Positions 48,476-58,296 of a stretch of 64,000 nucleotides of DNA are shown here, in pieces. Below the pieces are notes generated by a model, which did not search any database, was not told the DNA's origin, and saw only the letters and a list, made by a program, of their open reading frames with translations. This DNA is from Gammaproteobacteria bacterium. Lineage in GTDB: Bacteria; Pseudomonadota; Gammaproteobacteria; Steroidobacterales; Rariloculaceae. Made by a program: the position numbers and the translations under genes. The DNA lies in the NCBI GenBank assembly GCA_036381015.1, contig DASVDR010000029.1, positions 96,676-160,675 on the forward strand, written 5' to 3'. Every line of letters begins with the position of its first letter. Position 1 is the first letter of the stretch.

Positions 48476-48745
48476 ATGAAGTCTCTCGAGACGCTGCGCG
48501 AGTGGGCTCGCCGCGCGTCGGGGACCTTCCGGGCCGAATGCTCCTCTTCACGCTGCTGCTCGTTCCGCCATGGCTCACCTGCTCGGCGTCGTGATACCGA
48601 TCGAGGAGCTCGGGGGGCGAGAGGTACCCGGCGTCCTGCCGCTCGCGGCGCTCGTCATGCTGGGCGTCTGCGGATTGGCAGCTGCGGGACCGGCCGGCGG
48701 GCGCTCCGAGTGGCGCCGACGGACGCGCTGCGGGAAGGCGGCTAA
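48476..48745 (+). pseudogene. Near-complete deletion relic of the ADOP permease expected downstream of padR
   Basis: About 270 nt only. Permease-prefix-like start MKSLETLREWARR.. A last-TM-like segment ..VLPLAALVMLGVCGLAAAGPA lies in one frame and the signature tail ..RRALRVAPTDALREGG* in another (compare ..ARRVTAIEPSALLREEG* and ..[16 protein letters not shown] of the other copies). Confidence 0.4.
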
Positions 48746-48795
48746 AAAATGGTGTCAGACACCTTTTTCGGAAATGGTGTCAGACACCTTTTTCG
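48744..48795. repeat. Palindromic repeat pair, locus A (2 x AAATGGTGTCAGACACCTTTTTCGG)
   Basis: Cores GGTGTC-A-GACACC are centred at 48757 and 48782 (25 bp apart), each flanked by an A-run and a T-run. Lies between convergent genes. Confidence 0.9.
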
Positions 48796-49025
48796 GCGCG
48801 CTCCGCTGCCGGCTGTTTCGCATCCGGCTCGTACACGAGAAGATCTCCCGGCTGGCAGTCCAGAATCGCGCAAAGCCTTTCCAACGTGCTGAAGCGGATG
48901 GCTTTGGCCTTGCCGGTCTTCAGGATCGAAAGATTCTGGGGCGTGATGCCCACTTGCTCCGCGACGGTGCTGGAGCGCAATTTGCGCTTCGCGAGCATGA
49001 CGTCGAGATTGACGATGATGGCCAC
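48780..49025 (-). CDS. Small Cro/CI-type HTH regulator (YozG-like)
   Basis: GTG start giving (M)AIIVNLDVMLAKRKLRSSTVAEQVGITPQNLSILKTGKAKAIRFSTLERLCAILDCQPGDLLVYE. The last codons (EKGV*) and the stop lie inside palindromic repeat A2. Confidence 0.85.
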   Translation of the reverse strand: MAIIVNLDVMLAKRKLRSSTVAEQVGITPQNLSILKTGKAKAIRFSTLERLCAILDCQPGDLLVYEPDAKQPAAERAEKGV

Positions 49026-49038
49026 TTCGACGGCCCCG

Positions 49039-49584
49039 CTAGACGACGAGGTCCTGCTCCTCGCGGAGCTCTCGGCCGACGTCCATGATCCAGGAGACGA
49101 CGATGATGATGATTCCGACGACGAGCTCCGTGAACGGCGCCTCGTCGATCCGGATCCGGCTCGCGATGCCATGGCCGGGGACCAGCAAAACCGCGATCAG
49201 GCCCAGCGTCCAGAGGGTGGGGATGAGCATGACGGCGATGCCGATCTGACGGATCTGGTAAACGTTGTCCGCGCTGAAGATCTTGCCTTGTGCATAGAGC
49301 CCGAACAGCTTGACGAGGTGGAAAAGCACCTTCAGCAGTATCCCGGTGCTCAGGATGAAACCCACGACGGCCATCGACCGGAGCACGGCGGGAATGACGT
49401 CTCCGACGTAGATCGCGCCGCCCACGGTGACGCTCGTGTCGTACGGGTCCGTGCCCGTGGCGATCAGCAGCGTGCCCACGAGCAGCGCAATGGCCGTCGC
49501 GCCCAGCAGAAGCTGAAAGAGCTGCCGGAGCGAGCGGCTGTAGCGGGCGACCCTCTCCAGCTTGTCGGTGCGTTGCGTCGTCAC
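49039..49584 (-). CDS. DUF2975-family membrane protein
   Basis: 181 aa with 4-5 TM. Immediately upstream of the YozG-like HTH (13-nt gap), which is the usual pairing for this family. Confidence 0.75.
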   Translation of the reverse strand: MTTQRTDKLERVARYSRSLRQLFQLLLGATAIALLVGTLLIATGTDPYDTSVTVGGAIYVGDVIPAVLRSMAVVGFILSTGILLKVLFHLVKLFGLYAQGKIFSADNVYQIRQIGIAVMLIPTLWTLGLIAVLLVPGHGIASRIRIDEAPFTELVVGIIIIVVSWIMDVGRELREEQDLVV

Positions 49585-49939
49585 CGGATTGGCTCCCTGT
49601 GGCGTGGAACGACTAGCGATGGTCTATTAAACAGCCATTTTTTATCGTGCGTCAATAATTAATTTATGTTTAATATTCAGAAGGTGGTTCCTGGGAAGCG
49701 TGCGGGGCGGCGGGACGGAGGACCCTCGTGCGCGCGTCGTCGATCCGGTCGCGGATCGGCACGCGGACTCGATCTCATGCCTCCATGGCACGCAACTTGC
49801 TCCCGCTCCGTTGGACGTCAGTGTCGGCGGCGAGATTGCTCGCCCTTCGTTCGAGCGCGCTCGTCGCCGATACGACCATGATGATCGAAAGGGCGCCCCG
49901 AGTATCGGGTGACCCGAGTCAGGACGGGAGGGGACGAAG

Positions 49940-50104
49940 ATGCCCGATTACGTCTATCGCTGTGCGAAGTGCGGCGAAGCGTTCGAGCGGACGGAACGCA
50001 TGTCGGAGCACGGACAGTCGAAGCCCGAGTGCCCGAAGTGCAAGAGCCGCGACGTCCACAGCGTGCCGGCGTCGTTCTTCGCGAAGACGTCGCGGAAGAG
50101 CTGA
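49940..50104 (+). CDS. FmdB/CxxC_CxxC_SSSS-family zinc-ribbon protein (54 aa; below the ORF-track size cutoff)
   Basis: MPDYVYRCAKCGEAFERTERMSEHGQSKPECPKCKSRDVHSVPASFFAKTSRKS*. MP-Y-Y-C--CG-FE ... CP-C signature. GGGAGGGG SD upstream. Confidence 0.75.
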   Translation: MPDYVYRCAKCGEAFERTERMSEHGQSKPECPKCKSRDVHSVPASFFAKTSRKS

Positions 50105-50256
50105 GGCCTTCGAACGGCCGCCCGCGCGCACCTTACCCGCGCTCACGATCACCGTCATGCGCTCCTGACGGTCGCTTCCCGGTGCCGTCAAATGCAGCGC
50201 ACGCACGCGGCGCCGTCCCGTGATCGAGCCGGCTCGGCCGACTGCGCAGACCCTCG

Positions 50257-50541
50257 CTAGCTTTCGCCCTTCGGGCGCTCCAGAGACTTTCGCAGCGTGT
50301 CGAGCAAGTCCGGCTCCTCGGCGCCGGCAGCCGGTCCGTCGACTCGCTCGCAGCGATATTTATCCTTGATCAGCCGGTTGATGAAGCGGCCCTTCGACTT
50401 CGCGCGCGACAGCCATTCGTAGGCCGCCGGCGGAACATCCAAGTAACGGTACAGCTTCGACGAGGAAAACTCGACGTCGAGCGTACGTTCTTCCGCGTTG
50501 TACGCGATCCGGCGGATACCGCGGGACTTGACCGTATGCAT
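50257..50541 (-). CDS. KTSC-domain protein
   Basis: Inner ATG of ORF 50257..50805: MHTVKSRGIRRIAYNAEERTLDVEFSSSKLYRYLDVPPAAYEWLSRAKSKGRFINRLIKDKY. Confidence 0.8.
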   Translation of the reverse strand: MHTVKSRGIRRIAYNAEERTLDVEFSSSKLYRYLDVPPAAYEWLSRAKSKGRFINRLIKDKYRCERVDGPAAGAEEPDLLDTLRKSLERPKGES

Positions 50542-50955
50542 GCCGACAGAGCCTACCTCAGGGTGTAGGTCCGCGTCTCGTGTTCCCGCGCCTCGGCGCC
50601 GCGTGAATCGCCGTTGTGCGAACGCGCTCATGGATCCCTTCTCCCAGTCGCCTACAATGCGCAGCGAGCCGCCGCGCAATCTCGACGGCGCGAGCATGCC
50701 GCTCAGCGACGACGGCGGCGCTCGCCGCGACTTGCCGAATCGTGAGATCGCGCGCGGCGGACGAGCAAACGCTCGTTCGAGCGCGTCGTACACCATGGGG
50801 GGCAAATCGACAGATGGAACTTATTGCTTATGTGCTTGCGTTCGCGCTCGGGTGGCTGAGCGTGAAGATTGCACGCCAGCTTTATGAGCGATACAAGACG
50901 CCGGGCTGACGGGGGGCGAGGGCGCTGACGGCGGCGCGCGCCCGGCGCGCCGGCC

Positions 50956-51327
50956 TCAACCGGCGCCGCGCTCCCGCGGCCGCCCCATCCAGCGCCACGA
51001 CGAAACGTGCAGCACGATGACGACGATCGAGCCGAGCGCGACGAGCAGGAAGAGATACGCGGGCCAGTAAATGCCGTCGCGGCCCTCGAAATGACCGGCC
51101 AGGTAATCGAAGCCGTTGTCCAGATAGCGGTAAACGCCCCAGGTCGAAAACGCGAAGGTCAGCACGGTCAGCACGAATGCGATCCAGACCGCCACCGCCT
51201 TGTCCCATATCGCGGCGATCGAAGCGATCAGGTAGCACAGGCCGACGGCGCCGGTGATCAGCAGCAGGGTGCCCGGATAGATCAGCCAAAAAAGAACGAG
51301 CACGCCGACGGCAACGGCGAGCTGCAC
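50956..51327 (-). CDS. Small membrane protein (about 4 TM), start uncertain
   Basis: Hydrophobic tail of ORF 50956..52161 (..AVAVGVLVLFWLIYPGTLLLITGAVGLCYLIASIAAIW...). Candidate GTG start at 51327, just downstream of msrA. Confidence 0.45.
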   Translation of the reverse strand: MQLAVAVGVLVLFWLIYPGTLLLITGAVGLCYLIASIAAIWDKAVAVWIAFVLTVLTFAFSTWGVYRYLDNGFDYLAGHFEGRDGIYWPAYLFLLVALGSIVVIVLHVSSWRWMGRPRERGAG

Positions 51328-51359
51328 CGTCTTGAGAACGCTGATCCGCGCCGAGCCGT

Positions 51360-51971
51360 CTACTTCCCGCCCCACAGCTCTTCGAGCCGATCCGGGCGGC
51401 CGCACGTGTACTTGTAGAACCTGTATCTCAGCGCGTTGTGCTTGTAGTAATCCTGGTGATAGCCCTCGGCCGGGTAGAACTCCGTCGCGGGAACGATCTC
51501 CGTGACGATCTTGCCCGGCAGCACGCCGCTTTCCTCGAGCTCGCGCTTCGAGCGCTCGGCGAGCTCGCGCTGGCGCTCGTTGTGATAGAAGATCGCGCTG
51601 CGGTACTGGTCGCCCCGGTCGCAGAACTGCCCGCCCGCGTCGAGCGGATCGATGTTGTGCCAGAAGGCATCGAGCAGCTCCTCGTAGGTCACGACATCGG
51701 GATCGTACTCGACCCGCACCGATTCGGCGTGCCCCGTGTTGCCTGCCGAGACCTGCTCGTAGCTTGGATGCGGCACGTGGCCGCCGGTGTAGCCCGACGT
51801 GGTCGAGAGGACGCCCTCGACCTTGTCGAACGCCTCTTCCACGCACCAGAAGCAGCCGCCGGCGAACGTGGCGACCGCGGTGTCCTCCGAGCCTTCCTCG
51901 GCGGGCTGGGCCGCAAGCGGTGCAGCGACCGCCGCTGCGGCGGCGAGCAATACGCACAGTAGCTGATTCAT
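51360..51971 (-). CDS. msrA: Peptide-methionine (S)-S-oxide reductase, exported form
   Basis: GGAGGAG SD. Signal [21 protein letters not shown]. Active-site GGCFWC. GYTGG, HAE.V.V.YDP, GYHQDY. Confidence 0.9.
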   Translation of the reverse strand: MNQLLCVLLAAAAAVAAPLAAQPAEEGSEDTAVATFAGGCFWCVEEAFDKVEGVLSTTSGYTGGHVPHPSYEQVSAGNTGHAESVRVEYDPDVVTYEELLDAFWHNIDPLDAGGQFCDRGDQYRSAIFYHNERQRELAERSKRELEESGVLPGKIVTEIVPATEFYPAEGYHQDYYKHNALRYRFYKYTCGRPDRLEELWGGK

Positions 51972-52197
51972 CGCATCTCCTCCTCGTGGGGCCGAGGGCT
52001 TCCGCACGGCTGCCCGCCGGCTTCGCACGATGCGCGCTGCTGGCCGGAGGCGGCGAGCTGCCGAGAGCGCTTCGCCCGATTGTACCAAGCCTGGGCGCCT
52101 CGGCCGCCTCGTTTCCGCGCCCGGCAGCATCTCTTCGCATGGAGGGGGCAGCGTCTTGCATAATGACGGCTTCATCTCGCTTTCAAACGGACTCGTC

Positions 52198-53865
52198 ATG
52201 GCAGGCAGTTGGATTGCGGCCGCCTTGGTTCTCGGCCTCCTGGCCTGGCGCACGGGGCTGCCGCCGCTGGTCGGCTTTCTGGTGTGCGGCTTCGTGCTGG
52301 GAGCGCTCGGCATGGAGACGACGCCCGCGCTCGAGCAAGTGGCGCACGCCGGCGTGCTGCTGCTCCTTTTCGCCGTCGGCCTGAAGCTGCGTCTCAAGAC
52401 GCTGATGCGCTACGAGGTGTGGGGCACCGCGGTTGCGCATCTGGTGATCGTCTCGGCCGTCGTCGCGGTCCCGGTGGCCATCGCCGGCGGCTTGCCGGTG
52501 ATGCTCACGATCGCGCTCGCCGTAGCGCTCAACTTCTCGAGCACGGTATTCGCGGCCAAAGTGCTCGAGGACCGGGAGGAGCTGCGCGCCGTGCACGGGC
52601 GCGTGGCGATCGGCATTCTGATCGTGCAGGACATTGCGGCCGTCGCCCTGCTCGCGCTGCTGAACGGGGAGAGGCCGTCGCCTTACGCGCTGCTGTTGCT
52701 GGCTCTGCCGTTCGCGCGGCCGCTGATCGCCCGCCTGCTCACGGTCGTCGGTCACGGCGAGCTGTTCGTGCTGCTCGGCGCGGCGCTCGCGCTGGCCGTC
52801 GGCGGAGAGGGCTTCGAGCGGCTCGGGCTGAGCCCGGAGCTCGGCGCGCTCGTGCTCGGGATGATGCTCGCAAACCATCCGCGTGCGCACGAGCTGAGTG
52901 GAGCGCTGTGGAGCCTGAAGGAGCTGTTGCTGATCGGCTTCTTCCTGTCCATCGGGATGAGCGGGACGCCGACGTGGGTGGTCGCCGAGTCGGCGGCCCT
53001 GCTGCTCGTGCTGATGCCGTTGAAAGCCGGCGTGTTCTTCTTCCTGCTGCTGCTCCTCGGCCTGCGTGCGCGCACCAGCTTGTTGACCGCATTGAGTCTT
53101 TCGACGTTCAGCGAGTTCGGGCTGATCGTCACTCAGCTCGCCGTGGACAACGGCATGCTCGATCAGCGCTGGCTCACCGCCGCGGGTATCGCCGTGGCGC
53201 TCTCGTTCGCGGTCGCCGCGCCGCTGAACGCGCGCGCTCATGCGCTCTACGCCCTGACCCGCCGGTGGCTGGACTGCCTCGAGCGCGACAAGCGGCACCC
53301 GGACGACGAGCCGATCACGTTCGGCAGCGCCGAGATCCTCGTCGTCGGGATGGGCCGCGTCGGCACCGGTGCGTTCGACTATCTGCGGGCGCAGGGGAAG
53401 CACGTCGTCGGCGTCGACAGCGATACCGGCAAGCTCGAGCGTCATCGGCGCGAGGGGCGGCGGGTCGCCTACGCCGACGCCGAGGATCCGAACTTCTGGC
53501 TGCGGCTGAAAGTGGACCGCCTGCAGCTCATCATGCTCGCGATGCCCGATCTCGAAGCGAAGCTGCGCTCGATCCGGGAGCTTCGGCGGCGCGGGTTCGA
53601 AGGAATGATCAGCGCGACGCATGTGTATCCGGACGAGCTCGCGCCGCTGCTCGAGGCGGGCTGCGATGCGAGCTACAACTACTTCAGCGAGGCGGGGTAC
53701 GGCTTCGCGCGGCATACGCTCGAAGCGCTGTCGTCGCCGGACGGCACGGCCGGGACCGTGCTCTCGGAAGCGACGCCGGCCGAGGAGGGCTCGCTCGACG
53801 CGGAATCCGCCCCCGCAAGCGTGGCCCTCCCGATGGCGTTCATGCAGCAGACCGAGGAGAAGTAG
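52198..53865 (+). CDS. Kef/YbaL-type monovalent cation:proton antiporter with C-terminal TrkA-N (RCK) domain
   Basis: Na_H_exchanger-type TM core (..[15 protein letters not shown]..). [17 protein letters not shown] Rossmann motif. Inner ATG of ORF 52030..53865. Confidence 0.85.
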   Translation: MAGSWIAAALVLGLLAWRTGLPPLVGFLVCGFVLGALGMETTPALEQVAHAGVLLLLFAVGLKLRLKTLMRYEVWGTAVAHLVIVSAVVAVPVAIAGGLPVMLTIALAVALNFSSTVFAAKVLEDREELRAVHGRVAIGILIVQDIAAVALLALLNGERPSPYALLLLALPFARPLIARLLTVVGHGELFVLLGAALALAVGGEGFERLGLSPELGALVLGMMLANHPRAHELSGALWSLKELLLIGFFLSIGMSGTPTWVVAESAALLLVLMPLKAGVFFFLLLLLGLRARTSLLTALSLSTFSEFGLIVTQLAVDNGMLDQRWLTAAGIAVALSFAVAAPLNARAHALYALTRRWLDCLERDKRHPDDEPITFGSAEILVVGMGRVGTGAFDYLRAQGKHVVGVDSDTGKLERHRREGRRVAYADAEDPNFWLRLKVDRLQLIMLAMPDLEAKLRSIRELRRRGFEGMISATHVYPDELAPLLEAGCDASYNYFSEAGYGFARHTLEALSSPDGTAGTVLSEATPAEEGSLDAESAPASVALPMAFMQQTEEK

Positions 53866-53923
53866 CGCGGGCCGAGGGGCGATCGCGACGCGGCCTCGGT
53901 CCTGGCCGGGAAAATCGGGCGCG

Positions 53924-56350
53924 TCAGATCGCCGAGCGTTCGGGCTCGCCGGCCTCGTCGGCGACGGTTTCGGCCGCGGGCGGCACCTCCAGCATCCTGA
54001 ACGCATCGCTCTTCACGATGCCGCGGACCAATGCCGAAAAGCGGTAGCGGTCGCGCGCCGCGTCGTCGACGATCCGGCGCACCGTCGGCATGTCGTAGTA
54101 CTCGAGCGAGCGGCCGAGCGCGTAGGTCATCAGCTCCTCGGTGATGGTCCAAACGATTCGCTCCGGATCTTCGAGGAGCGCCCGGCGCAGCTCGTCCGGC
54201 CCCACGATCTCCTTGCCGCCGATCAGCTTCCCGCTCGCGTCGATCGGCTCGCGGGCGCGCTTGTCGTAGTCCTGCCATTCGCCGATCGCGTCGAAGTTCT
54301 CGAGCGTCAAGCCGAGCGGGTCCATGACCGCATGGCAGGAAGCGCAGACCGCGTCCGCACGATGCTGCTCGAGCCGCTCGCGGACCGTGCGCGGCTCGGG
54401 GCCTGTGTCCTCGACGAGATCCGTGTCGACGCCGGGCGGCGGCGGGGACGGCGGCGAGCCGATCAGGTTCTCGAGGATCCACTTGCCCCGAATCACGGGG
54501 GCCGTGCGATTCGGATACGACGTCGCCATCAGGATCGCGCCCTTGCCGAGCAGGCCGAAACGCGCCGAGCTCTCGAGCTCGACGCGGCGGAACTGATCGC
54601 CGCGCACCGCGGGCAGCCCGTAGAGATGCGCGATCGTCTCGTTGACGAAGGTGTGATCCGCCGTCATCAGGTCGAGGACGCTCCGGTCCTCGAGCAGGAT
54701 GCTCGCGAGGAAGAGCTCGAGCTCGTGCTTGTAGGCTTCGCGGGGATCGGGCGTGGCCTGCGGGAAGATGCCGCGGTCCGGCACGACGTCGTCGAGCTTG
54801 TCCACGTCGAGCCACTGGAACGCGAAGCTCGTGACGAGCGAACGGGCGCGCTCGTCGGCGAGCATGCGCTCGATCTGCGCGTCGAGGACCTCGGGCTCGC
54901 CGAGCCGCCCTTGCTCGGCGACGCGGAGAAGCTCGTCGTCGGGGATGCTGCTCCAGAGGAAGAACGAGAGACGCGACGCGAGCTCGAGATCCGACAGCTC
55001 GTAGATCGAGCCCGGAGGCAGATCCTCGGACGGAGACGCGAAGCGGAACAGGAAATCCGGGCTCGCGAGAATCGCGGTAACGGCTTTGCGGATGCCCGTC
55101 TCGAAGCCGCCCGACGCGGCGCCGCCGCGATAGAACGCGAGCAGCTTGTCGAGGTCGTGCTTGCCGACCGGGCGGCGGTACGCGAGCCGGGCGAGCCGCC
55201 CGAGAATCTCGCGCGCACAGCTCTCCGCCGTCTCGGCGCCCGCATCGGGACCGACATGGCAGCTGAAGATCTTGCGGCGGGACGGCGTCTCGCTCACGCC
55301 GCTCGGATGGAACGGGCCCTGGAGCTCGAACGAGCTCACGCGCAGGATGCGGTCCTGGCCGCCGCCGGGCGCCGCGAGCTGAAGCCGATCGTCGGATTCC
55401 GCGAAGGTGCGCGCGAGGAACGTGACGCCGACCTGATGCGGACCCGCCGTGGCCTCGAAGCGGATGTTCTTCAGGCGTTGATTGATGCGGTCGACGGCCG
55501 ATTGGCCGTGCTGGTCGATCGCCTTCTGGTCCTCCTCGCCGCCGATCGTCGTGCGGTAGACCTCTCGCCCGTCGAGCGTGACGAGCACCGTGTTCTCGAA
55601 CTCCATGTTGTAGACCCAGAGCGCCTGGGCCATGTCCGCGACGTTGATGACGTACTCGCCGTCGGCGGGGAAGTCGTGCATTACCGCCAGCCCGCCGCGC
55701 GTGCCGAGCGGCAGCCCTTCGATGTGACGCTTGTAGGATCCCGCGTCGCCGTCGTTGACGTAAGTCGTGCTGCCGGGCGGCGCATCCGGATTGCCGACGG
55801 CTTCGATCGCGACCGTGCGAGCGGCTGCGACGTACTGCTCCATGAACGTCGGCGAGATCGTCAGGACCGAAGCGTTGTTGTCGAAGCCGCTCTTCTTGTT
55901 GTCGGGCGGAAGGAGCTCCGTGGCATCGACGTCGACGCCGAGGAGATCCCGCACGGCATTCTCGTATTCGGTGCGGTTCAAACGACGCAGGCCGACGAAG
56001 CCCGGGTGGGGCCCGGAGGCTTCGGCCTCCTCGGCGAGCCGATGCTCGAGCGCGGCGACGAAGGCGGCCTTTTGCTCGGGAGACGGCTGCGGGCGGTCCG
56101 GCGGCGGCATCAAGTTGCCGCGGAACTTGCGCAGGACTTTCTCCCAGACGGCGGCATCGGCGCCGACGTTCTCGGGGCTCATCTCCTCGAGGACGAGGCC
56201 GCCGGTGCGGTCGATCGAATTGTGGCAGTCGACGCAGTAGGTTTCGACGAGGCCCCACTGCTCGGCCACCGATCCCGGGCCCCGGGAGCAGGCGGCAAGG
56301 GCGAGAGAGCCGATGAGGACGGCGACTCCTTGTCTATACGTCCGGTGCAT
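53924..56350 (-). CDS. Haem-binding DUF1592/DUF1595/DUF1587/DUF1588/DUF1585-type lipoprotein
   Basis: Lipobox LALAAC. CVDCHN haem motif. LRRLNRTEYENAVRDLLG. C-terminal CASCHAVMDPLG, typical of this 'planctomycete cytochrome' family. Confidence 0.85.
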   Translation of the reverse strand: MHRTYRQGVAVLIGSLALAACSRGPGSVAEQWGLVETYCVDCHNSIDRTGGLVLEEMSPENVGADAAVWEKVLRKFRGNLMPPPDRPQPSPEQKAAFVAALEHRLAEEAEASGPHPGFVGLRRLNRTEYENAVRDLLGVDVDATELLPPDNKKSGFDNNASVLTISPTFMEQYVAAARTVAIEAVGNPDAPPGSTTYVNDGDAGSYKRHIEGLPLGTRGGLAVMHDFPADGEYVINVADMAQALWVYNMEFENTVLVTLDGREVYRTTIGGEEDQKAIDQHGQSAVDRINQRLKNIRFEATAGPHQVGVTFLARTFAESDDRLQLAAPGGGQDRILRVSSFELQGPFHPSGVSETPSRRKIFSCHVGPDAGAETAESCAREILGRLARLAYRRPVGKHDLDKLLAFYRGGAASGGFETGIRKAVTAILASPDFLFRFASPSEDLPPGSIYELSDLELASRLSFFLWSSIPDDELLRVAEQGRLGEPEVLDAQIERMLADERARSLVTSFAFQWLDVDKLDDVVPDRGIFPQATPDPREAYKHELELFLASILLEDRSVLDLMTADHTFVNETIAHLYGLPAVRGDQFRRVELESSARFGLLGKGAILMATSYPNRTAPVIRGKWILENLIGSPPSPPPPGVDTDLVEDTGPEPRTVRERLEQHRADAVCASCHAVMDPLGLTLENFDAIGEWQDYDKRAREPIDASGKLIGGKEIVGPDELRRALLEDPERIVWTITEELMTYALGRSLEYYDMPTVRRIVDDAARDRYRFSALVRGIVKSDAFRMLEVPPAAETVADEAGEPERSAI

Positions 56351-57260
56351 AGAAGCCCCACAGGCTCTGAAACGCGAGAGTCACGAACTCGTCCCGCTGC
56401 GGCCACTCGGGATGATAGTCACGTGTCGGCTGCGCCGCGACCGCTTCGGCCGGGCTCAGCCCCTTGAAAAGCAGCTCGTCGCGGAAGCGCACGAAGAGCT
56501 GGGCGTACATGTCGCGCTGCGCTACGAGGTCCGTGCGGCGCAACACCGGCCCTTCGGACGGCACGATGATCGTGTCGTCTTTCGCGATCTGGAGCAGCGT
56601 CTCGATGCCCTCGACGAGGCCGCCGAACCAGCCGCCGGTCCACCAGTCGATCAGGGGCCAGCGGTCGCCGGCGATCACGCCGCCGCACGCGAGAACGTTC
56701 GCGTCCGGGAAGAAGACGTAGCAGTCCCCGTCGGTATGGGCCTGAAGCATGTACCCGCATTCGAACGGCACGTCGCCGAGGTCGAGCTCGCGGCTCGATT
56801 CGTAGAAGGAGAGCTTGGGGCGTGCGTCGGGCGGAAGCGGCTCGTGCACGAAGTCTTCCCAAGGCCGCTTGATGTCGGTGCCGAGCCAGAGACGCGTGTT
56901 GGCCTGAGCGACGATCCGCGCGCCGGTGCGGGCGACGGAAGCGTTCGCGCCGGTTTGCTCCGGGTGCCAATGCGTGTTGACGAGAGTGCGGACCGGACGG
57001 CCGTCGAAGCGGGCCGCGACGGTCGCGAGCAGGGCTTCGGCATGCTCGGCGAGACCGCCGTCGACCATGACGATGCCGTCTCCGTCGGCCGCGGCGACGA
57101 TGTTCGCGCCGGCCCCGGCGATCAGCACGGTTCCTGCGCGGAGCGCCGTCACGTCGAGCTTCGCGGCGCCGGCCTGCCCGCGCGCGAGCGGAGGCAGCGC
57201 GGACGCGAGCGCGCCGTAGACTGCGCCCCGAATCAATGTTCTTCGGCTGAGGCTTTGCAT
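56334..57260 (-). CDS. Tat-exported MBL-fold protein with variant metal motif (HWHPEQ)
   Basis: MQSLSRRTLIRGAVYGALA. ..LVNTHWHPEQTGAN.. (HxHxEQ in place of HxHxDH). ..AHTDGD... 17-nt overlap with the DUF1592-type gene start. Confidence 0.8.
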   Translation of the reverse strand: MQSLSRRTLIRGAVYGALASALPPLARGQAGAAKLDVTALRAGTVLIAGAGANIVAAADGDGIVMVDGGLAEHAEALLATVAARFDGRPVRTLVNTHWHPEQTGANASVARTGARIVAQANTRLWLGTDIKRPWEDFVHEPLPPDARPKLSFYESSRELDLGDVPFECGYMLQAHTDGDCYVFFPDANVLACGGVIAGDRWPLIDWWTGGWFGGLVEGIETLLQIAKDDTIIVPSEGPVLRRTDLVAQRDMYAQLFVRFRDELLFKGLSPAEAVAAQPTRDYHPEWPQRDEFVTLAFQSLWGFYAPDV

Positions 57261-57455
57261 TTCTCGAGGCGAAACGCCGCGGCTCCCGCGCGGCGCGCTC
57301 CTTACCATCATAGGGATTCGCTCGGGCCAGGCAAACCCGCGAGAACGCAGGACTCGGGATCGCGCGCGAGCGCGCGATCCTGCGCGAAATGCTTCCAGGC
57401 CTCGACGATGCGTCATGTAACATGCTCGACGCGTTTCCGCCTGGGCTTCTTACGA

Positions 57456-58289
57456 ATGATCGTCCACCTGATCGACGGCACCTACGAGCTGTTCCGGCAC
57501 TTCTACGGTCTGCGCCGCTTCACGAAGGGCAAGGACAGACCCTACGGCGCAGTCGTCGGTGTCCTCAACATGGTGCTGAAGATGATCGAAGGCGACGCGA
57601 CGCATTTGGGCGTCGCGACCGACCACGTCATCGAGTCGTTCCGCAACGAGCTCTGGCCCGGCTACAAGACCGGCGAAGGGATCGAGCGTGCGCTTCTCGC
57701 GCAATTCCATCCGCTCGAGGAAGCCCTCGCGGCGATGGGTGTTGCGGTCTGGCCGATGGAGGAGCTCGAGGCGGACGACGCGCTCGCGAGCGCGGCGCGC
57801 ATCGCCGCAGCCGACGAGCGCGTGCGGAAGGTCTGCATTTGGACGCCCGACAAGGATCTCGCGCAATGTGTGCAGGGCGATCGCGTCGTGCAAATCGTTC
57901 GCCGCGGCAAGGAGATTCGCGATGCGACCGGCGTGCGCCGCAAGTTCGGCGTGGATCCCGAGCGGATTCCGGATTTTCTCGCGCTGGTCGGCGATCCGGC
58001 CGACGGCTATCCGGGTCTGTCCGGCATCGGGCCGGTCACGGCCGCGCAGCTCGTGCGCCGATACGGCGCCATCGAGGACTTTCCTTCGGCGGTTCTCGGG
58101 AAGCGGCGCGAGACGGCTCTGCTGTTCAAGAAGCTCGCGACCCTGCGCACGGACGCGCCGCTATTCTCGAACGTCGAGGAGCTGCGATGGCGCGGGCCGA
58201 CGGCGGGCTTCGCCGAATACGCCGAGCGTCTCGGAAGCAGCCGTCTGACCGTGCGCTGCGAGAAGGCGAGCCGCCGCGCCGCAGGCTGA
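57456..58289 (+). CDS. 5'-3' exonuclease / flap endonuclease (PIN-like 53EXO + H3TH)
   Basis: MIVHLIDGTYELFR.., ..EADDALAS.., ..TPDKDLAQC.., ..DFLALVGDPADGYPGLSGIGPVTAAQLV... Alternative upstream ATG at about 57407. Confidence 0.85.
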   Translation: MIVHLIDGTYELFRHFYGLRRFTKGKDRPYGAVVGVLNMVLKMIEGDATHLGVATDHVIESFRNELWPGYKTGEGIERALLAQFHPLEEALAAMGVAVWPMEELEADDALASAARIAAADERVRKVCIWTPDKDLAQCVQGDRVVQIVRRGKEIRDATGVRRKFGVDPERIPDFLALVGDPADGYPGLSGIGPVTAAQLVRRYGAIEDFPSAVLGKRRETALLFKKLATLRTDAPLFSNVEELRWRGPTAGFAEYAERLGSSRLTVRCEKASRRAAG

Positions 58290-58296
58290 TCGAATC

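Noticed and set aside
50814-50909. 31-aa hydrophobic ORF (MELIAYVLAFALGWLSVKIARQLYERYKTPG)
   Set aside because: It is a plausible small membrane peptide, but it has no family signature, only a weak RBS and no conservation evidence available. Not reported as a feature.
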